From a phage, in assembly GCA_012112355.1 (NCBI GenBank), contig GCA_012112355.1_3028.1: a DNA stretch of 64,000 nucleotides; one strand, written 5' to 3'. The notes beneath the pieces were generated by a model that did not search any database, had not been told where the DNA came from, and saw only the letters and a list, made by a program, of their open reading frames with translations. This document shows, piece by piece, positions 1 to 9,248 of the stretch. A program made the position numbers and the translations under genes. Positions within the stretch are counted from its first letter, which is position 1. Each line of letters starts with the position of its first letter.

Positions 1-518
1 ATATCTTTTATAGCTACAATATCTGACTCTGTGATGATAGAATATAAATCTTCCAGTTCTTTTTCATTTAAGTCTTCAACTGGAATGCTTTCCCCGTTAG
101 CATGAATCGTTTCTATGCATGATACTATCATGTGGGCTATATTTTTATCATCAAAAATTTTAGGGTATCGGAATTTAATTTTAATGTCACCCAGTGTATA
201 CCAGAGGTCTTCTGGTGCATCTATTTGTGTATGTAATAGATTTATATGGGTTGGTATTTCAGTTCCACAGGTGCACTTCCAGGAGTTTTCGTGATTAACT
301 TCACCAAGAGAATGTGCCCATAAATGAATCAACAATAGTTCTGATTCTTGGCGGTTTAAATCTTTTGCATTTGTGCAGTCTTTGATTAGCTTTTTAACAA
401 TTACTTCTACGGAACCATTATTTTTGGCAGTAATAAGTTCTAGATATTCTTTAAGCGTGAATGCGCGACAATTGATTATTTTAGAACCAACTCTCACATT
501 AAATTTGTATTCATACAT
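1..518 (-). CDS. 26: baseplate hub subunit gp26, N-terminal part (3' end runs off window start)
   Basis: Minus-strand ORF from AAGGAG-spaced ATG near 518 to window edge ([20 protein letters not shown]...); divergent to gene 51 as in T4; not in ORF track because truncated. Confidence 0.6.
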   Translation of the reverse strand, partial: MYEYKFNVRVGSKIINCRAFTLKEYLELITAKNNGSVEVIVKKLIKDCTNAKDLNRQESELLLIHLWAHSLGEVNHENSWKCTCGTEIPTHINLLHTQIDAPEDLWYTLGDIKIKFRYPKIFDDKNIAHMIVSCIETIHANGESIPVEDLNEKELEDLYSIITESDIVAIKD

Positions 519-539
519 ATTTAGCTCCTTTATTTATCA

Positions 540-551
540 TATTTATAAATA
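540..551. promoter_or_regulatory. divergent T4 late promoters (TATTTATAAATA reads TATAAATA on both strands) for genes 26 and 51
   Basis: TATAAATA motif on both strands in the 50-bp gap between divergent genes. Confidence 0.6.
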
Positions 552-568
552 GAATAAAAGGAGCATCT

Positions 569-1318
569 ATGGCAAACATTATTCGTTGTAAATTACCAGA
601 TGGTGTTCATCGTTTTAAACCATTTACGGTAGAAGATTATCGAGATTTTTTGTTAGTTCGAAACGATATAGAACATCGGTCACCACAAGAACAAAAAGAA
701 ATAATTGCTGATTTAATTGCCGATTATTTTGGAGACTATCCGAAGACTTGGCAACCATTTATATTTTTGCAGGTATTTGTAGGGTCAATAGGTAAAACTA
801 AAGTACCGGTCACATTTGTATGTCCAAAATGTAAAAAAGAAAAGACAGTTCCATTTGAAATATATCAAAAAGAATTAAAGGAACCTGTTTTTGATGTAGC
901 TAATGTTAAAATTAAATTAAAGTTTCCTTCTGAGTTTTATGAAAATAAAGCAAAGATGATTACTGAAAATATTCATTCTGTTCAAGTAGATGAAATATGG
1001 TATGATTGGAAGGAAATTAGCGAGTCCAGTCAAATAGAACTAGTTGATGCCATCGAGATAGAAACATTAGAAAAAATTCTCGATGCAATGAATCCTATTA
1101 ATTTAACTCTACATATGTCATGCTGTAATAAGTACATTAAAAAATACACTGATATAGTAGATGTGTTTAAGCTATTAGTTAACCCAGATGAAATATTTAC
1201 TTTTTATCAAATTAATCACACACTCGTAAAAAGTAATTATAGCTTAAATTCAATAATGAAAATGATTCCTGCCGAGCGCGGATTCGTATTAAAACTGATT
1301 GAGAAGGATAAACAATAA
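569..1318 (+). CDS. 51: baseplate hub assembly protein gp51
   Basis: 249 aa, SD AAAGGAG; position and size match T4 gp51. Confidence 0.8.
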   Translation: MANIIRCKLPDGVHRFKPFTVEDYRDFLLVRNDIEHRSPQEQKEIIADLIADYFGDYPKTWQPFIFLQVFVGSIGKTKVPVTFVCPKCKKEKTVPFEIYQKELKEPVFDVANVKIKLKFPSEFYENKAKMITENIHSVQVDEIWYDWKEISESSQIELVDAIEIETLEKILDAMNPINLTLHMSCCNKYIKKYTDIVDVFKLLVNPDEIFTFYQINHTLVKSNYSLNSIMKMIPAERGFVLKLIEKDKQ

Positions 1319-2490
1319 TGAGTATGTTGCAACGCCCCGGATATCCAAATCTCAGCGTTAAATTATTTGATAGCTACGACGCTTGGAGTAATAATAGATT
1401 TGTTGAATTAGCTGCTACTATTACCACATTAACTATGCGGGATTCTCTTTATGGACGAAATGAAGGAATGCTGCAGTTTTATGATTCTAAAAATATCCAC
1501 ACAAAAATGGATGGAAATGAAATAATTCAAATTTCTGTAGCTAATGCAAACGATATTAATAATGTTAAAACACGAATTTATGGATGCAAGCATTTTTCCG
1601 TGTCAGTAGATTCAAAAGGTGATAACATCATTGCTATTGAATTGGGAACTATTCATTCTATAGAAAATCTTAAATTTGGTAGACCATTTTTCCCTGATGC
1701 AGGTGAATCTATAAAAGAAATGCTTGGTGTCATTTATCAGGATCGCACATTATTAACTCCAGCAATAAATGCTATAAATGCTTATGTTCCTGATATTCCA
1801 TGGACTAGCACATTTGAAAACTATTTGTCATATGTAAGAGAAGTTGCTCTAGCTGTAGGAAGCGACAAATTTGTATTTGTATGGCAAGACATCATGGGAG
1901 TTAACATGATGGACTATGATATGATGATAAATCAAGAACCATATCCAATGATTGTCGGCGAGCCATCTTTAATAGGTCAATTCATCCAAGAATTAAAATA
2001 TCCATTAGCATATGATTTCGTTTGGTTGACTAAATCGAATCCTCACAAACGTGACCCAATGAAAAATGCTACTATCTATGCGCATTCATTTTTAGATTCT
2101 TCATTGCCAATGATTACTACGGGAAAGGGCGAAAACTCTATTGTAGTGTCAAGGTCAGGTGCTTATTCTGAAATGACTTATAGGAATGGCTATGAAGAAG
2201 CTATTCGTCTTCAAACTATGGCGCAATACGATGGCTATGCTAAATGTTCTACTGTCGGTAATTTTAACTTGACTCCTGGTGTTAAAATTATTTTTAATGA
2301 TAGTAAAAACCAATTTAAAACAGAATTTTACGTTGATGAAGTTATCCATGAATTATCCAATAATAATTCAATAACTCATCTATATATGTTCACTAATGCA
2401 ACGAAACTGGAAACAATAGACCCAGTTAAGGTTAAAAATGAATTTAAATCTGATACTACCACTGAAGAAAGTAGTTCTTCCAATAAGTAA
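1318..2490 (+). CDS. 27: baseplate hub subunit gp27
   Basis: 390 aa; ATGA overlap with gene 51; matches T4 gp27 size and order. Confidence 0.9.
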   Translation: MSMLQRPGYPNLSVKLFDSYDAWSNNRFVELAATITTLTMRDSLYGRNEGMLQFYDSKNIHTKMDGNEIIQISVANANDINNVKTRIYGCKHFSVSVDSKGDNIIAIELGTIHSIENLKFGRPFFPDAGESIKEMLGVIYQDRTLLTPAINAINAYVPDIPWTSTFENYLSYVREVALAVGSDKFVFVWQDIMGVNMMDYDMMINQEPYPMIVGEPSLIGQFIQELKYPLAYDFVWLTKSNPHKRDPMKNATIYAHSFLDSSLPMITTGKGENSIVVSRSGAYSEMTYRNGYEEAIRLQTMAQYDGYAKCSTVGNFNLTPGVKIIFNDSKNQFKTEFYVDEVIHELSNNNSITHLYMFTNATKLETIDPVKVKNEFKSDTTTEESSSSNK

Positions 2491-2971
2491 TAAAGAAGTT
2501 TCTATTCCTAAAATGGGTCTTAAACATTATAACATTTTAAAAGATGTTAAAGGTCCTGATGAAAATTTAAAACTTCTTATTGATTCTATTTGTCCGAATT
2601 TATCACCGGCAGAAGTTGATTTCGTTTCTATTCATTTATTGGAATTTAATGGAAAGATTAAATCTCGTAAAGAAATAGATGGCTATACTTATGACATTAA
2701 TGATGTCTATGTATGCCAAAGATTGGAATTTCAATACCAAGGAAATACATTTTATTTTAGACCTCCTGGAAAATTTGAACAATTTTTAACGGTGAGCGAT
2801 ATGTTATCTAAATGCTTGCTTAAGGTCAACGATGAAGTTAAAGAAATTAATTTTCTTGAGATGCCAGCATTCGTTTTAAAATGGGCAAATGATATTTTTA
2901 CAACTTTAGCAATTCCTGGCCCTAATGGTCCAATAACCGGAATTGGCAATATTATTGGATTATTTGAATGA
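2438..2971 (+). CDS. 28: baseplate hub distal subunit gp28
   Basis: 177 aa as T4 gp28; overlaps 3' end of gene 27. Confidence 0.8.
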   Translation: MNLNLILPLKKVVLPISNKEVSIPKMGLKHYNILKDVKGPDENLKLLIDSICPNLSPAEVDFVSIHLLEFNGKIKSRKEIDGYTYDINDVYVCQRLEFQYQGNTFYFRPPGKFEQFLTVSDMLSKCLLKVNDEVKEINFLEMPAFVLKWANDIFTTLAIPGPNGPITGIGNIIGLFE

Positions 2972-4740
2972 AAAAGCCACAAGAAATGCAAACGATGCGT
3001 AGAAAAGTTATTTCAGATAATAAACCAACACAGGAAGCGGCTAAATCCGCTTCTAACACTTTATCTGGACTTAACGATATATCTACGAAATTGGATGATG
3101 CTCAAGCTGCTTCTGAATTAATTGCTCAAACTGTCGAAGAAAAATCGAATGAAATAATTGGAGCAATTGACAATATAGAAAGCGCAGTGAGTGATACTAC
3201 TGCTGGTTCTGAGTTAATTGCTGAAACTGTCGAAATTGGCAATAATATTAATAAAGAAATCGGTGAATCGCTCGGAAGTAAATTAGATAAATTAACGAGT
3301 TTACTCGAGCAAAAAATCCAGACAGCCGGAATTCAACAAACAGGAACTAGTTTAGCTACGGTTGAAAGCGCTATTCCTGTTAAAGTTGTTGAGGACGATA
3401 CAGCTGAATCTGTGGGTCCTTTATTACCGGCTCCTGAAGCAGTTAATAATGATCCTGATGCTGATTTTTTCCCTACCCCTCAGCCAGTTGAACCTAAACA
3501 AGAATCGCCAGAAGAAAAACAGAAAAAAGACGCATTTAACTTAAAATTATCTCAAGCTTTAGATAAATTAACAAAGACTGTTGATTTTGGATTTAAGAAA
3601 TCCATTTCAATTACTGATAAAATATCAAGCATGCTATTTAAGTATACCGTTAGTGCTGCTATTGAAGCTGCTAAAATGACTGCAATGATATTGGCTGTTG
3701 TTGTTGGAATAGATCTGCTGATGGTTCATTTCAAATATTGGTCAGATAAATTTTCGCAGGCTTGGGATTTGTTTAGTACAGACTTTACTAAATTCTCTAG
3801 CGAAACCGGAACATGGGGTCCTTTATTACAGAGCATCTTTAGTTCTATTGATGAAATTAAAAAATTCTGGGAAGAGGGAGATTGGGGCGGTTTGACGGTA
3901 GCTATTGTAGAAGGGCTTGGAAAGGTTCTTTATAATTTAGGAGAACTTATTCAGCTTGGAATGGCTAAATTATCTGCTGCAATTCTTCGAGTCATTCCTG
4001 GCATGAAGGATACCGCTGATGAAGTAGAAGGAAGAGCACTAGAAAATTTCCAAAATTCTACTGGAGCATCTCTCAATAAAGAAGACCAGGAAAAAGTTGC
4101 AAATTATCAAGATAAACGAATGAACGGAGACCTTGGTCCGATAGCAAAAGGATTAGATAAAATTGCTAATTGGAAAACTCGTGCATCTAACTGGATTCGT
4201 GGCGTTGATAATAAAGAAGCATTGACAACCGATGAAGAACGCGCAGCAGAAGAAGAAAAATTAAAGCAACTTTCACCTGAAGAAAGAAAAAATGCTTTAA
4301 TGAAGGCTAATGAAGCCCGTGCCGCGATGATTCGTTTTGAAAAATATGCTGATTCAGCTGATATGAGTAAAGACTCAACGGTTAAATCAGTTGAAGCTGC
4401 CTATGAAGACCTTAAAAAACGGATGGATGACCCGGATTTAAATAATTCACCGGCAGTTAAAAAAGAACTTGCTGCTAGATTTTCTAAAATTGATGCTACT
4501 TATCAAGAGCTCAAGAAAAATCAGCCTAATGCCAAACCTGAAACTTCTGCTAAATCGCCAGAAGCAAAACAAGTCCAGGTAATAGAAAAGAACAAAGCAC
4601 AGCAAGCTCCTGTTCAACAAGCATCTCCTTCGATCAATAATACTAATAATGTTATTAAGAAAAATACTGTCGTTCATAATATGACACCCGTAACGAGCAC
4701 GACTGCTCCTGGTGTATTTGATGCGACTGGAGTTAATTAA
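2968..4740 (+). CDS. 29: baseplate hub / tail length determinator gp29
   Basis: 590 aa, same length and position as T4 gp29. Confidence 0.9.
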   Translation: MKKPQEMQTMRRKVISDNKPTQEAAKSASNTLSGLNDISTKLDDAQAASELIAQTVEEKSNEIIGAIDNIESAVSDTTAGSELIAETVEIGNNINKEIGESLGSKLDKLTSLLEQKIQTAGIQQTGTSLATVESAIPVKVVEDDTAESVGPLLPAPEAVNNDPDADFFPTPQPVEPKQESPEEKQKKDAFNLKLSQALDKLTKTVDFGFKKSISITDKISSMLFKYTVSAAIEAAKMTAMILAVVVGIDLLMVHFKYWSDKFSQAWDLFSTDFTKFSSETGTWGPLLQSIFSSIDEIKKFWEEGDWGGLTVAIVEGLGKVLYNLGELIQLGMAKLSAAILRVIPGMKDTADEVEGRALENFQNSTGASLNKEDQEKVANYQDKRMNGDLGPIAKGLDKIANWKTRASNWIRGVDNKEALTTDEERAAEEEKLKQLSPEERKNALMKANEARAAMIRFEKYADSADMSKDSTVKSVEAAYEDLKKRMDDPDLNNSPAVKKELAARFSKIDATYQELKKNQPNAKPETSAKSPEAKQVQVIEKNKAQQAPVQQASPSINNTNNVIKKNTVVHNMTPVTSTTAPGVFDATGVN

Positions 4741-4748
4741 GGAATAAT

Positions 4749-5843
4749 ATGGCAATTGTTAAAGAAATAACTGCTGATTTAATTAAAAAGTCCGGTGAGA
4801 AAATTTCAGCCGGACAGAGTACTAAATCAGAAGTAGCAACTAAAACATACACTGCCCAGTTTCCAACTGGGCGTGCTAGTGGTAATGACACTACAGGGGA
4901 CTTCCAGGTAACAGATCTATATAAGAATGGATTATTATTTACTGCATACAATATGTCATCTAGGGATTCTGGAAGTCTTAGATCGATGAGATCTAACTAC
5001 TCTTCTTCATCTTCGAGTATTTTAAGTACAGCTAGAAACACTATTAGTAGTACAGTATCAAAACTATCAAATGGATTAATATCAAACAATAATTCAGGAA
5101 CAATAAGTAAAGCTCCTGTCGCAAACATTCTTTTACCGAGATCTAAATCTGACGTTGATACATCATCACATAGATTTAATGATGTTCAAGAAAGTCTTAT
5201 CAGCAGAGGTGGAGGTACTGCTACTGGTGTGTTAAGTAATATTGCTTCAACTGCAGTATTTGGGGCACTGGAAAGTATAACACAAGGTATAATGGCTGAT
5301 AATAATGAACAGATTTATACGACAGCCAGAAGTATGTATGGTGGTGCTGAGAATAGAACTAAAGTGTTTACATGGGATTTGACTCCACGTTCAACAGAAG
5401 ATTTGATGGCTATTATCAATATCTATCAATATTTTAACTATTTTTCTTATGGTGAAACGGGCAAATCTCAATATGCTGCTGAAATAAAGGGGTATTTGGA
5501 TGATTGGTATCGTTCTACGTTAATTGAACCTTTATCTCCGGAAGACGCAGCTAAAAATAAAACACTATTTGAGAAAATGACATCGAGCTTAACTAACGTT
5601 CTAGTAGTTTCAAACCCGACAATTTGGATGGTGAAAAACTTTGGTGCAACATCTAAGTTTGATGGAAAAACGGAAATATTTGGTCCATGCCAAATACAGA
5701 GCATCAGATTTGATAAAACACCTAATGGTAACTTTAACGGATTAGCTATTGCTCCAAACCTCCCTAGTACATTTACTCTCGAGATTACTATGAGAGAAAT
5801 TATCACGTTAAACCGTGCTTCTTTATATGCGGGGACTTTTTAA
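4749..5843 (+). CDS. 48: baseplate tail-tube junction protein gp48
   Basis: 364 aa, T4 order. Confidence 0.9.
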   Translation: MAIVKEITADLIKKSGEKISAGQSTKSEVATKTYTAQFPTGRASGNDTTGDFQVTDLYKNGLLFTAYNMSSRDSGSLRSMRSNYSSSSSSILSTARNTISSTVSKLSNGLISNNNSGTISKAPVANILLPRSKSDVDTSSHRFNDVQESLISRGGGTATGVLSNIASTAVFGALESITQGIMADNNEQIYTTARSMYGGAENRTKVFTWDLTPRSTEDLMAIINIYQYFNYFSYGETGKSQYAAEIKGYLDDWYRSTLIEPLSPEDAAKNKTLFEKMTSSLTNVLVVSNPTIWMVKNFGATSKFDGKTEIFGPCQIQSIRFDKTPNGNFNGLAIAPNLPSTFTLEITMREIITLNRASLYAGTF

Positions 5844-6808
5844 TGTATTCTTTAGAGGAATTTAATAATCAAGCAATAAACGCAGATTTCCAACGTAATA
5901 ATATGTTTAGCTGCGTTTTTGCAACAACTCCATCAACTAAAAGCTCTTCGTTGATAAGTTCAATTAGCAACTTTTCTTATAATAACTTGGGCCTAAATTC
6001 AGATTGGTTAGGATTAACTCAAGGTGATATTAATCAGGGAATTACTACGCTAATTACAGCTGGCACACAAAAACTGATAAGAAAATCAGGGGTTAGTAAA
6101 TATCTTATTGGTGCCATGAGTCAACGTACAGTTCAAAGTTTATTAGGCTCATTTACAGTTGGTACATATTTAATTGACTTCTTTAACATGGCATATAACT
6201 CATCTGGATTGATGATATACTCTGTAAAAATGCCAGAGAATAGATTATCCTATGAAACTGACTGGAATTATAATTCTCCTAATATTCGTATAACTGGGAG
6301 AGAATTAGACCCTTTGGTTATTTCATTTAGAATGGATTCAGAAGCTTGTAACTATCGTGCAATGCAAGACTGGGTTAACTCTGTTCAAGACCCAGTAACT
6401 GGACTGCGTGCTTTGCCGCAAGATGTCGAGGCAGATATTCAGGTTAATCTTCATTCTCGCAATGGATTGCCTCATACTGCGGTGATGTTCACCGGATGCA
6501 TTCCAATATCAGTGAGCGCTCCTGAGTTATCATATGATGGAGATAACCAAATAACTACATTTGACGTTACTTTTGCGTATAGAGTGATGCAGGCTGGAGC
6601 AGTTGATAGGCAAGCTGCGCTTGAATGGCTTGAATCTGCTGCTATAAATGGTATTCAAAGCGTTCTCGGAAATAGTGGAGGTGTTACTGGACTATCTAAT
6701 TCGCTTTCACGACTCAGTAGATTAGGGGGAACTGCAGGAAGCATTTCAAACATTAATACTATGACAGGAATTGTCAATTCGCAAAGTAAAATATTAGGAG
6801 CAATATAA
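5843..6808 (+). CDS. 54: baseplate tail-tube initiator gp54
   Basis: 321 aa, ATGA overlap with gene 48. Confidence 0.9.
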   Translation: MYSLEEFNNQAINADFQRNNMFSCVFATTPSTKSSSLISSISNFSYNNLGLNSDWLGLTQGDINQGITTLITAGTQKLIRKSGVSKYLIGAMSQRTVQSLLGSFTVGTYLIDFFNMAYNSSGLMIYSVKMPENRLSYETDWNYNSPNIRITGRELDPLVISFRMDSEACNYRAMQDWVNSVQDPVTGLRALPQDVEADIQVNLHSRNGLPHTAVMFTGCIPISVSAPELSYDGDNQITTFDVTFAYRVMQAGAVDRQAALEWLESAAINGIQSVLGNSGGVTGLSNSLSRLSRLGGTAGSISNINTMTGIVNSQSKILGAI

Positions 6809-6811
6809 CAA

Positions 6812-6831
6812 TGGGGACCTTTCGGTCCCCA
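6812..6831. terminator. bidirectional stem-loop terminator between convergent gene 54 and early ORF
   Basis: GGGGACC-TTTC-GGTCCCC hairpin flanked by A/T runs on both sides. Confidence 0.7.
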
Positions 6832-6836
6832 TATTT

Positions 6837-7127
6837 TTATTTACGGAATGAAATAAAAGCAGCAACTGAAGCAACTAAACTGTCTTCAATATAAACCTCA
6901 ATTTTTACCGGAGCTTCTGACTCAAATTTACCTGTTACTACACCTTGGAAAATACTTTCAGTCTGTTCTGGCTTTGAAAAATTTTCAGAAGGAAAAATTC
7001 CGAACTTTTTATCTGTTCCAAAAATTTTGATAAATTCATCGTAAACTGCTTCATTAAAAGCATTATCAGCAGGAATAACGCCTTCAACTACAAGTTCTTG
7101 ACCTAAAAAGCGCAAAGAAGATTTCAT
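6837..7127 (-). CDS. hypothetical early protein
   Basis: 96-aa ORF, SD GAGGA, preceded by early promoter. Confidence 0.6.
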   Translation of the reverse strand: MKSSLRFLGQELVVEGVIPADNAFNEAVYDEFIKIFGTDKKFGIFPSENFSKPEQTESIFQGVVTGKFESEAPVKIEVYIEDSLVASVAAFISFRK

Positions 7128-7154
7128 TTTGTGTTCCTCATGTTATGTCAGTAA

Positions 7155-7190
7155 GATTACTATAACACAACACGAGGAACTTGTAAACTA
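7155..7190 (-). promoter_or_regulatory. T4-type early promoter (-35 GTTTAC, -10 TATAGT)
   Basis: GTTTAC..17-18 nt..TATAGT with conserved leader CTTACTGACATAACATGAGGA; -35 overlaps stop codon of upstream gene. Confidence 0.7.
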
Positions 7191-9245
7191 CATTTTGAAC
7201 TTTTTAGACATTCCGTTGATGTTAACCAAAGAAGCCAAGATTTGAGAAACTTCGTTTTCCTCTTCTTTTGATTCTTCTACGAGGAATTGATTAAACCCAG
7301 CCATTGGACGAACTTCGCCAGTTTCCATTAGATGATCGCCATCATATACCGATTCTTCTAATTGTTCAGAAGGAGGAACGATTGTGCCTTCGATTAGATA
7401 CTTGTTATAAGCAGTTTCTTTCATCATGTACGTGCTTACTTTATTAATCTTCAACAAAATTCCACGCGGTAGAATAACTTCAGCTTCTGATGGAAATCCT
7501 GATAAATGACCTGGAACGATAACTTTGATTCGCTCAGCCCCTTTAATTACCATACCTACGCTAGTTTCAGCATCTTCATTAGCATATGCAGAATGACTGC
7601 CCATATGCATTAAATCTTCAGCATCAACAGAACCTTCTCCTTCACCAGAAAATACTGCGCCGGAATCATCTAGAGCCATATAGTTTTTACCATGCTCACC
7701 GAAGATATTTGGTTTAAGCGATGTTGATACGAAGTTCTTGAAATAAAACATTTTATTTTCAATATTATGACGTAAAGTTTTAAAGGTAACTTCTTGTCCA
7801 CGATAAAGCGTAGTTCCTGGAGGAAGAACTGAACCTTTGGCAAAGGCAGAATCCATTGTCTCGATGTGTTTAATAGCTCGTTCCATGTATTCTTCACGGG
7901 TAGAATCTGGTTTACCCAAGAGGAACGAGTTCATTTCAACATATGAATCTGCACAATAATCTTCAATTACATCAGACTCAGCCTGAGTTAATCCTTTTGG
8001 AGTTACTTCGGTGCTTGCGTATTCATATGCCCGAGCAGCAGATTCATTAATCAATTTATAAATGCTATTCATGACAAATTGAATAATAGCTACTTTTTCG
8101 TCTGGCGTGGCTTTAGAACCTTTAACTAAATCATTGATAATTTTCTTAATAACATCAAAGCTATTAGAAATATTAATGTCAGCAAGATCGCTTAAAATTT
8201 TATCAGTTTTATAATCAAAGAATTCTTTATTCTTTAAATATTCTTGAGAACCTTGATATGTTATATCGCTCTGCAGCTTGATAGATGGATCGCGTAAACG
8301 TGCATGGGCCAATGCAATATGATTTCGGAAGTTTTCTAGTTCATAATCGTTAGATTTAAAACGAGAAGCACTTCTCATACCACCGATAGCTCCTTTGCTA
8401 AAGTTTGAACCAATCTGAATAACACCAGAGTTCATTGGTCCTTCTGCTTTATATACAGGAACTTTAGATTCAAACTCTTGATATTTCTTGGCAGCGAAGC
8501 TATCACCCTGAAGTGAAGCATCGACAGTAGAATATTGAGCTTGTGCTGCTAATCGACGACTAATTTTAGTTTTCTGAATAACAGCTTGATCCGTGCGCTT
8601 ATCATTTTCTAAGGCAATAGAAGCAGCAACAGCAACAGCTTTAGGAACAGCATTACCTGTTTTAACATCTACATAAACATCACCAACCTTTGATTCAACT
8701 TTTGTGAATAACTCAGTTGAAATAGGAGGTACACCTGGAATGTCTTCTAAATTGGCATTTTTACGGTAAACCATAATATATGCATACTTTTTATCATAAT
8801 CCCAGATTTCCTTTAAAAGAACATATCGACCTGCTCCTTTAGTACGTACTAAACGGTCAGCAATAACTTGCATTTGACGAGCTGCGCCATTTGTTTTACT
8901 TTTTAGTACGCGGAATAAGCATGCATCAATTTTATACTGTTTCATTGTTTGAAGAGCAGTATCAAAAACAGCATTAATGACGCCAATTGGATTTCCACCC
9001 AAGTTTTTAAGCTTAACTAATGATAGTTTCTCATTAACACCTATCATTACGATATGCATCATTTTGTCGCCTGGCTTAACGTTTTTATTCGTATCACCGC
9101 CAGAGGTGTATGTACAAAATCTAAATCCAGGAAGCACGCTTTCTTCACCGGCTTGAATAGCAAAAATTTGTGGTATTTTATGCTTAGGATTTAAGTTAAC
9201 AACCGGCGCCGAAGCGCCGTCAAATAATTCTGTAATAAGTTCCAT
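7188..9245 (-). CDS. Alt-like ADP-ribosyltransferase paralog (second copy)
   Basis: 685 aa; N-terminus MELITELFD and internal blocks shared with adjacent alt; C-terminal Y-R, FVSTSL, EAEVILPRG motifs. Confidence 0.8.
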   Translation of the reverse strand: MELITELFDGASAPVVNLNPKHKIPQIFAIQAGEESVLPGFRFCTYTSGGDTNKNVKPGDKMMHIVMIGVNEKLSLVKLKNLGGNPIGVINAVFDTALQTMKQYKIDACLFRVLKSKTNGAARQMQVIADRLVRTKGAGRYVLLKEIWDYDKKYAYIMVYRKNANLEDIPGVPPISTELFTKVESKVGDVYVDVKTGNAVPKAVAVAASIALENDKRTDQAVIQKTKISRRLAAQAQYSTVDASLQGDSFAAKKYQEFESKVPVYKAEGPMNSGVIQIGSNFSKGAIGGMRSASRFKSNDYELENFRNHIALAHARLRDPSIKLQSDITYQGSQEYLKNKEFFDYKTDKILSDLADINISNSFDVIKKIINDLVKGSKATPDEKVAIIQFVMNSIYKLINESAARAYEYASTEVTPKGLTQAESDVIEDYCADSYVEMNSFLLGKPDSTREEYMERAIKHIETMDSAFAKGSVLPPGTTLYRGQEVTFKTLRHNIENKMFYFKNFVSTSLKPNIFGEHGKNYMALDDSGAVFSGEGEGSVDAEDLMHMGSHSAYANEDAETSVGMVIKGAERIKVIVPGHLSGFPSEAEVILPRGILLKINKVSTYMMKETAYNKYLIEGTIVPPSEQLEESVYDGDHLMETGEVRPMAGFNQFLVEESKEEENEVSQILASLVNINGMSKKFKM

Positions 9246-9248
9246 GAT

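Noticed and set aside
2155-2349. Antisense and nested ORFs from the six-frame track (e.g. 2155..2349, 2752..2991, 3362..3544, 10177..10434, 36371..36613, 53747..54109, 57401..57610)
   Set aside because: Each lies fully inside a well-supported conserved gene on the opposite strand or in another frame, and none has an RBS or promoter; treated as chance ORFs in AT-rich DNA
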